From assembly GCF_000223395.1 (NCBI RefSeq), contig NC_015931.1:990001-1022000 (forward strand): a DNA stretch of 32,000 nucleotides, in the 5' to 3' direction. A model generated the notes under the pieces. The model was given only the letters and a program-made list of their open reading frames with translations. It was not told where the DNA came from and made no database searches. The translations under genes were made by a program, and so were the position numbers. Of this stretch, positions 26,281-32,000 are shown one piece after another. Positions within the stretch are counted from its first letter, which is position 1. The number at the start of each line of letters is the position of its first letter. The DNA comes from Pyrolobus fumarii 1A. Its GTDB lineage: Archaea > Thermoproteota > Thermoprotei_A > Sulfolobales > Pyrodictiaceae.

Positions 26281-26327
26281 CCTATATAGGCGGTGGGTGG
26301 CTGGGGAGCCCCTCCGGGGTCGGTGGC

Positions 26328-26969
26328 GTGTCTAGGAGGGCCTCCGGGAGGGACAAGTGGAGGCTCAAGAAGTGGTACGAGGTAATAGCACCGCCCGTAT
26401 TCGGAAGCGTTGTGCTAGGCACCACGCCCGCAGATGACCCACTCAAGCTAATCGGCCGTGTGATGGAGGTTACGCTCTTCGACATAACTGGCGACTTCTC
26501 GCAGGTCCACATCCACCTCTACTTCCAGATAGTAGATGTGGATGAGCAGAACCTTAAGGCCTATACGAGGTTCAAGGGTCACGAGCTAGCAAGAGACTAC
26601 ATGAAGAGCCTCATACGCCGCAAGAGCAGCAAGATCCAGGGCATCTACAACGTGTGGACCAAGGATGGTTACGGGCTTCGCATAACGGGTGTAGTCCTCA
26701 CGAGCTACAGGTGTAAGACCAGCCAGAAGAAGGCCATACGCAAGATAATGGGTGAGATTATCACCAAGCGTGCATCCGAAATGACGCTCGACGAGTTGAT
26801 ACAAGCGATGCTATTCGGCAAGCTCGCCAACGAGATACACGCAGCCGCAAAGAAGATCTATCCAGTGAGGAAGGTCGAGATATACAAGTCGAAGCTACTA
26901 TGGGTGCCAGGGCCCGACGGTAAACCACAGCCAGCAGTCGTGGTATCCCCGCTGATGTTCAAGCGGTAA
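26328..26969 (+). CDS. rps3ae: 30S ribosomal protein S3Ae (eS1)
   Basis: RDKWRLKKWYEVIAPPVFG...LIGRVMEVTLFDITGDF...HIHLYFQIVDV...TRFKGHELARDYMKSLIRRKSSKI is canonical S3Ae. The track ORF starts at 26040 inside AMMECR1, and the first in-frame start after the AMMECR1 stop is GTG 26328. Confidence 0.9.
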   Translation: MSRRASGRDKWRLKKWYEVIAPPVFGSVVLGTTPADDPLKLIGRVMEVTLFDITGDFSQVHIHLYFQIVDVDEQNLKAYTRFKGHELARDYMKSLIRRKSSKIQGIYNVWTKDGYGLRITGVVLTSYRCKTSQKKAIRKIMGEIITKRASEMTLDELIQAMLFGKLANEIHAAAKKIYPVRKVEIYKSKLLWVPGPDGKPQPAVVVSPLMFKR

Positions 26970-27020
26970 GACTAAGCGTTATCAACGGGTTTTGCAAGCC
27001 CCACTCCGTGGCGACCTGAT

Positions 27021-28331
27021 TTGGCGGGCAGGAACAAGGCAGTCTGGTGGGCGCTGGCAGGTTTCATGATATTCATTTTCGTGGCTCCTATGCTAAGCTG
27101 GATGATTGCTGGCGTGACACCCCGCGGAAGTGGGGGCACAGACCTCTACATAATCTATGACGATAAAACTCTGAACGCGGCGGAGGCGCTCGCCAAGTTC
27201 TTCAGACAGTATAACCTTACGGTCGAGTTGATGCCTGCTAGCAAATTGAACGTAGAGTTTCGCGCCTATCCAGTTGTCCTCCTAGCTCCGACCGCCAACA
27301 CAAATAGGCTACAATCACTCGGTATACTATCCCTCGTGGTCCGGGGGCCCGAAGGTGCACCAATGCTACCCTACGACCTAGTGCTGCAGATAATCACCAA
27401 GCTTGACGCGCAGGGCCAGATAAAAGGCCTCCCAATGCACATACTGGCTAACGCCACGATATACTTCATTGAGGGCGAGTCTCCCGCTGGCAAGCTAAAC
27501 CGCATGATATTCGCCAATATGTTCACGGGCATGTTGCCACTCTTCCGCGCGCTATTCGCCGCTAACATCTCTATTGCAACCAGGATACTGAACATCACAG
27601 AAGCAAAGGCCATGGGCATACCCGTTGAGAACCTAACGATACTCCCAGCCATAGTAGCAGAGTCGAGATATAACCTGACGCAGGGCACGCTCACAGTTGT
27701 GCACCTCAGCGGTGACTTCTATACGCTCGCACCCTGGGCGATGCGCCAGCTGGCAAACATACTAGCAACCAGTGGCGTCACCGAGGGCGTAGAGGTGCTG
27801 GAGACGCCTCCGAACACCACAGGCCTGATAACCTATGGCAGGCCTGAGGCGCCCGTAAAAGCAGTGGTATACTGGGACTTCCTATGCCCATTCTCAGCTA
27901 GGTTTGCTAACGAGACGCTGCCAAGCCTAGTTGCGGCGGCCAAGCAGGGCAGACTAGAGCTGTTCTTCGCGGATCTAATCGTGCACCCGAACGCGTTCAA
28001 ACTACACCAGATGGGTCACTGTGTTTACGAGAAGTACGGCCAAGAGACGTTTGTGAAGTATGCGCGTGAAGCGTTCAAAGCGGTCAAGTATGCTACCAAC
28101 GCAACGCTGCTCAGCAGCTTCAGAGAGGAGCTCGCAAAGAAGTACAACGTTTCAAACTGTGACGCATCAATAAACCCGGATGACGCCCAGAGGCTAGGCA
28201 TAACTGGGACGCCAACCGTAGTCCTATGGAGCGATGGGTACAAGCGGCTCATTATTCTTGTGGGTGTGAAGCCGGTCTCGATCTACGAGAGGACGGTCAA
28301 CTGGCTAGCCCAGAAGGCTCTAGGCAAGTGA
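27021..28331 (+). CDS. membrane-anchored extracytoplasmic protein with a C-terminal DsbA-like thioredoxin domain (CPFS motif)
   Basis: It has an N-terminal TM anchor (VWWALAGFMIFIFVAPMLSWMIAGV) and many N-x-S/T sequons. The C-terminal third carries VVYWDFLCPFSARF and the cis-Pro loop GITGTPTVVLW, typical of DsbA/Thioredoxin_4 domains. The N-terminal domain of about 230 aa is unrecognised. Confidence 0.7.
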   Translation: MAGRNKAVWWALAGFMIFIFVAPMLSWMIAGVTPRGSGGTDLYIIYDDKTLNAAEALAKFFRQYNLTVELMPASKLNVEFRAYPVVLLAPTANTNRLQSLGILSLVVRGPEGAPMLPYDLVLQIITKLDAQGQIKGLPMHILANATIYFIEGESPAGKLNRMIFANMFTGMLPLFRALFAANISIATRILNITEAKAMGIPVENLTILPAIVAESRYNLTQGTLTVVHLSGDFYTLAPWAMRQLANILATSGVTEGVEVLETPPNTTGLITYGRPEAPVKAVVYWDFLCPFSARFANETLPSLVAAAKQGRLELFFADLIVHPNAFKLHQMGHCVYEKYGQETFVKYAREAFKAVKYATNATLLSSFREELAKKYNVSNCDASINPDDAQRLGITGTPTVVLWSDGYKRLIILVGVKPVSIYERTVNWLAQKALGK

Positions 28332-28390
28332 AACCCACGAGGCGAATATGAGCCCCTACATGCCCCTCCCATCTTTTACTGGTAGGTAAC

Positions 28391-29512
28391 TTGTCCACGC
28401 CCAAGCCGGTACAGGGGGAGGGCGACGCTCTCCTGGATAAGCCGTATGTACGCGAAGCTAGGCTATGGGAGCCGCTACCCGATAAACCAGGCTACGTGAA
28501 GTGTAACCTCTGTGCCAGGCGTTGCACGATAGCGCCGGGCAGGTATGGTGTCTGTGGTGTCCGCAAGAATATCGGTGGGAAGCTCTACACGCTGGTCTAT
28601 GGTCTCCTAACAGCGATGAACCTAGACCCTATTGAGAAGAAGCCACTCTATCATTTCGAGCCCGGCAGCGGTGTACTCTCCATATCGACTGTCGGGTGCA
28701 ACTTCTTCTGCCAGTTCTGCCAGAACTGGGAGATATCACAATCGAGGCTAGAGAAGGGCCTCTATGGTAAATACGTGCCACCCGAGGAGGTTGTGGAGAA
28801 AGCTAAGCTTGTCGGTGCGGATGGAATAGCCTACACGTATAACGAGCCGAACATCTTCTTCGAGTATCTGTACGACGTAGCTAAGCTAGCCAAGAAAGAG
28901 GGTCTCTACAACGTGATGGTGACGAATGGCTACTGGACGCCCGAGGCGATAAGGGAACTAGGCAACCTCATGGATGGCGCCACTGTCGATTTCAAGGGTG
29001 GCGGCAACCCTGAGTTCTACAAGAAGTTCATGGGTGTGCCGGACCCGTCTCCAATCTATGATGCGATACTAGAGATGAAGAGGCAGGGATGGTGGATAGA
29101 GATAACGAACCTTGTGGTACCAAAGTATGGCGACAAAGAAGAAGACATAAGGAGACTCGCAAGGTGGATAGTGGAGAACCTAGGCCCCGAAACGCCATTC
29201 CACCTCCTACGCTTCCACCCGGACTACAAGATAACATGGCTGTCCCCGACACCCGTAGAGACGATAGAGAGACTTGCAAAAGTTGCTATGGAGGAGGGGC
29301 TGAAGCACGTGTACATCGGTAACGTGCCGGGGCACCCCCTCGAGCACACATACTGTCCGAATTGCGGCGAGAAAGTGATTGAGAGAATGGGGTTCTACAT
29401 ACTCGCTTGGAGACTCAAGGAGGATAATAGGTGCCCAAGATGCGGCTACAAGCTAAACATCCGGGGAAGGTTCCACGGCGGCGGAGTACACATAACTCCT
29501 CTACTATGGTGA
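28391..29512 (+). CDS. AmmeMemoRadiSam system radical SAM enzyme
   Basis: It has the radical SAM CX3CX2C motif (GCNFFCQFCQNWEISQ). An N-terminal Cys-rich element (CNLCARRCTIAPGRYGVCGVRKN) and a C-terminal zinc-ribbon pair (CPNCGE...CPRCGY) match the PflA-related family that co-occurs with AMMECR1 and Memo. Confidence 0.88.
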   Translation: MSTPKPVQGEGDALLDKPYVREARLWEPLPDKPGYVKCNLCARRCTIAPGRYGVCGVRKNIGGKLYTLVYGLLTAMNLDPIEKKPLYHFEPGSGVLSISTVGCNFFCQFCQNWEISQSRLEKGLYGKYVPPEEVVEKAKLVGADGIAYTYNEPNIFFEYLYDVAKLAKKEGLYNVMVTNGYWTPEAIRELGNLMDGATVDFKGGGNPEFYKKFMGVPDPSPIYDAILEMKRQGWWIEITNLVVPKYGDKEEDIRRLARWIVENLGPETPFHLLRFHPDYKITWLSPTPVETIERLAKVAMEEGLKHVYIGNVPGHPLEHTYCPNCGEKVIERMGFYILAWRLKEDNRCPRCGYKLNIRGRFHGGGVHITPLLW

Positions 29513-29549
29513 CGGCATACGCTCGCATCAGGGTAATGGTGTAGTTATT

Positions 29550-30404
29550 TTGGGTTCAGCTTGCGAATGGGAGCCTCTGGTCAAGCTAGGCGAGGCAGCT
29601 CGAAAGGCTAGGCTCCGCGAAGGTCCAGTACTTGTACCAGCTTCTAGCATATCCTCGTGGTACTGGTGCGGGCTCAAAGCGTGGCATAATGTTACGCTGT
29701 TCAACGCAGGGTGGCTCAGTAGCGAAGAGGTGCAGGAGCATCTAGATGCGCTGGCGGTGTTGTGGTATGCTGAGATTATGCGAAGCTCTAGACCAGAAGT
29801 CGTGGCGGGTAAGCTAGTCCACGGCGAAGTTGATGTATTGGCGTTGGAGGGCGTCTTGCAACGCCTAACGTTAAGCGACGTGAAGACCCTCGTCATGAAG
29901 GGTGTGCTGCGTGGCCTTATAGACCCCGATGATTACAAGAGGCAGGTAGAGCGTCTAGATGCTGCTAGCGACCCGGTTGAGTATTTCAAACGAGAAGAGT
30001 GGCCATTATTCCGCTTACCGCTCGACTGTTGCGAGATTATCGGTGTGCCCGACGGCATCGAGTGGGGAAAGAGAGGCGTCGTGCTACTTGAGGTTAAGAG
30101 TAGTTCCAGACCGGAGAGGTATGAGGGTGGAGCAGCACTCCGCAGCGCCAAGGTTCAACTAGCGAGTTACTACGCCATTCTCTCTAGTAGATGGAGAGTC
30201 GAGAAGGCTATCCTAGTAGTCAAGGGCCTCGACGGTAGCATATACCGGCGCGTAGAGTACCACCCAGAGCAGCTCGAGGCTATATGGAGGACGCGTGGCC
30301 TCCCAGCCGCAAGGAGACTGGCGTCATTCAAAGCGCCCTCCAGGCGCGTCAAGAGATTATGTGGGAAGTGCGAGCTAGGATTTGAGCCCCCGAGTGATAC
30401 TTGA
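29550..30404 (+). CDS. Cas4-like / RecB-family PD-(D/E)xK nuclease, stand-alone
   Basis: It has an N-terminal Cys motif (SSWYWCGLKAW), the nuclease core GVPDGIEW...VVLLEVKSS (D...ExK), the QhxxY motif (VQLASYYAIL) and C-terminal Cys (CGKCE). There is no CRISPR array and no other cas gene in the window. Confidence 0.7.
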   Translation: MGSACEWEPLVKLGEAARKARLREGPVLVPASSISSWYWCGLKAWHNVTLFNAGWLSSEEVQEHLDALAVLWYAEIMRSSRPEVVAGKLVHGEVDVLALEGVLQRLTLSDVKTLVMKGVLRGLIDPDDYKRQVERLDAASDPVEYFKREEWPLFRLPLDCCEIIGVPDGIEWGKRGVVLLEVKSSSRPERYEGGAALRSAKVQLASYYAILSSRWRVEKAILVVKGLDGSIYRRVEYHPEQLEAIWRTRGLPAARRLASFKAPSRRVKRLCGKCELGFEPPSDT

Positions 30405-30440
30405 GAAGCCTCTCGCAGATGCCTAGGATGGAGTCCGCCC

Positions 30441-31433
30441 TTGCTAGCAGCCAGGCTGTACGGGCCGCGTGACTTGCGTGTCGAGGATGTGCCAGAGCCT
30501 AAGCCGCCGCGCGGCTGGGTACTCGTGAGGACCGTTGCTGTCGGCATATGTGGTACGGACAAGGCGTTCTACACCGGCACCTACCAGCTGTTCAGGAAGC
30601 CGCTCATACCCGGTCACGAGGCTGTCGGTATTGTAGAGGAGGGTCCGCGGGAGATACAGGGAGAGCTAGTGGTCACCGAGATAAACCTGGTAGAAGACTG
30701 GAGCGCGGAATGCGCCAGAGCCGGTCTGTACACGCATTGCCCGGGCTCCATCCGGAAGGTTCTAGGCATCACTATGGATGGAGCCATGGCAGAATATTTC
30801 ATCTCCAAACCAGAAGCCCTCCACCCAATAGGCGACCTTGACCCAATCAAGGCGGTCTACGTGGAGCCTCTAGCCGCTGTACTGAGAGCATTCACGTTAC
30901 ACCCCCTGAGGCCCGGCGAGAATGTAGCAGTGATCGGCACGGGGCCGATAGCCCTCATCTCTGCACAGGTAGCGAGACTCCAAGGTGGAAAAGTAACCGT
31001 CTATGCCAGGCGAGACTCTGTGAAGAAAAGAGTGTTTGAGAAGCTCGGGTTCCACGTAGAGACAGTAGACGAGATAGACCTGGACAAGATTGCGTGGGAA
31101 GGACTCGGGTACAGCGCGGTTATCGAGGCGACGGGCTCGCCCAGGGGGCTCGAAATAGCCGTAGCTATTGCTGCGCCCCGTGCAAGAATATACATGAAGA
31201 GCACGCATGGCTCGCTCGTGAGCTTCAATCAGACGCTAGCGGTCGTCAAAGAGTTGGAGCTCCTAGGTTCGAGGTGTGGGACCTTCAGCGAGTTTCGCGA
31301 GGCGATAAGGTTGTTAAAAGAGGGCTACATACACGTAGAGATTAGCAGCGTCTATGCGTTGAGGTACGCGAGGGAAGCGTTCGATAAGAGCCTGGAAAGA
31401 GACCAATTCAAGGTAGTAGTCAGGGCATCATAA
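30441..31433 (+). CDS. zinc-dependent medium-chain alcohol/polyol dehydrogenase
   Basis: It has the catalytic zinc motifs GICGTDKAFY and GHEAVGIVEE, and the Rossmann motif VAVIGTGPIALISA. It is 330 aa. Confidence 0.88.
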   Translation: MLAARLYGPRDLRVEDVPEPKPPRGWVLVRTVAVGICGTDKAFYTGTYQLFRKPLIPGHEAVGIVEEGPREIQGELVVTEINLVEDWSAECARAGLYTHCPGSIRKVLGITMDGAMAEYFISKPEALHPIGDLDPIKAVYVEPLAAVLRAFTLHPLRPGENVAVIGTGPIALISAQVARLQGGKVTVYARRDSVKKRVFEKLGFHVETVDEIDLDKIAWEGLGYSAVIEATGSPRGLEIAVAIAAPRARIYMKSTHGSLVSFNQTLAVVKELELLGSRCGTFSEFREAIRLLKEGYIHVEISSVYALRYAREAFDKSLERDQFKVVVRAS

Positions 31434-31690
31434 CGCGAAGCTCGTCCAAAAGGCCAGGCTCTTCACCCACTCTCAAAACTATCTTTAAATATCCAGGTCT
31501 GTGCCCTACCTTAGCATCTCGTGTTGTACGCAATGCCCACTGTACTAAGAGTGTGTTACATTCCTTCTATAGCTCCACATGGTGTTTTTAGGCTATGCGA
31601 AGAAAACATCACAATTATTCGATTGACGACATTTATTTATATCATGAGTATTTTAAATTACGAAAACGGAATAGTTGAGGGTAATCAATC

Positions 31691-32000
31691 ATGAGTAATG
31701 ATGGTTTTAAATTAACGCGAAGAGAGTTTCTGAAGCTAACCGCTGCGGCCAGTGCTGCTGTATCGGTTGGCGTGGCAGTCCCAAGAATCCCTAGTGTGGC
31801 TGAGCTGGAGAAAGCCGAGTTAGCTGTAGGCGACGGCATGATTCGTGAAGTAACTACAGCGTGCCTCATATGCATGCAAAGGTGTCCCATTGCTGTAGGC
31901 GTTGATAGCGAGGGCAAGATCCGGTACGTGAGATACCTCACAATGGAGGGTTATGACGAGTTCTTTGCGTGTTGTGGTAGGCCGCAGCTCATTTTCGAAC
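31691..32000 (+). CDS. Tat-exported molybdopterin oxidoreductase catalytic subunit, 5' fragment (runs off the window)
   Basis: I translated this by hand from ATG 31691, since it is absent from the ORF track because it has no stop. The product is MSNDGFKLTRREFLKLTAAASAAVSVGV... It has a twin-arginine signal (RREFLK), then an N-terminal Fe-S Cys motif (CLICMQRC...CCGR) typical of DMSO-reductase-family enzymes. There are no stops to position 32000. Confidence 0.7.
   Translation, partial: MSNDGFKLTRREFLKLTAAASAAVSVGVAVPRIPSVAELEKAELAVGDGMIREVTTACLICMQRCPIAVGVDSEGKIRYVRYLTMEGYDEFFACCGRPQLIFE

Noticed and set aside
26040-26327. N-terminal 96-codon extension of the S3Ae ORF
   Set aside because: It overlaps the AMMECR1 coding region in another frame and has Arg/Gly/Pro-rich composition. 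The conserved S3Ae sequence starts just after GTG 26328.
1-32000. CRISPR arrays, rRNA genes, and toxin-antitoxin or classic defence operons
   Set aside because: A scan by eye found no regularly spaced direct repeats, no rRNA-like sequence and no recognisable restriction-modification, TA or cas operon. The only cas-related gene is the solo Cas4-like gene.

Overview
This is a GC-rich archaeal chromosomal segment. Hand counts of sample 60-nt lines give about 57% G+C. Gene content and an intron-containing tRNA suggest a hyperthermophilic crenarchaeon (Desulfurococcales or Pyrodictiaceae-like); this is inference only, as no database search was possible. Most of the window is tightly packed housekeeping genes. 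The minus strand carries the RNA polymerase and ribosomal protein operon rpoD-rpl18e-rpl13-rps9-rpoN, with rps2 about 3.2 kb further on. Other genes include an agmatinase, an isocitrate/isopropylmalate dehydrogenase family enzyme, a Dph6-like PP-loop ATPase, a thioredoxin, an ArsB/NhaD-type permease and a LivJ-LivH pair from a branched-chain amino acid ABC transporter. There are also an amidohydrolase, tRNA-Tyr(GUA) with a 103-nt structured intron, a CoA-disulfide reductase/NADH oxidase, a creatininase-family protein, a beta-CASP-like MBL hydrolase and an Isf-like flavoprotein. The right half holds a NOL1/NOP2/Sun RNA methyltransferase, a three-repeat HTH protein, AMMECR1, rps3ae, a membrane-anchored DsbA-like protein and the AmmeMemoRadiSam radical SAM enzyme. 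It ends with a stand-alone Cas4-like nuclease, a Zn-alcohol dehydrogenase and the 5' end of a Tat-exported molybdopterin oxidoreductase. The most unusual feature is a roughly 2.2-kb AT-rich islet (sample lines 27-32% G+C) between rps2 and rpoN. It encodes two predicted secreted glycoproteins: an orphan and a glutamic peptidase (G1/eqolisin, Pfam Peptidase_A4) homologue that keeps the Gln/Glu dyad context. No CRISPR array, integrase, transposase or rRNA was seen.
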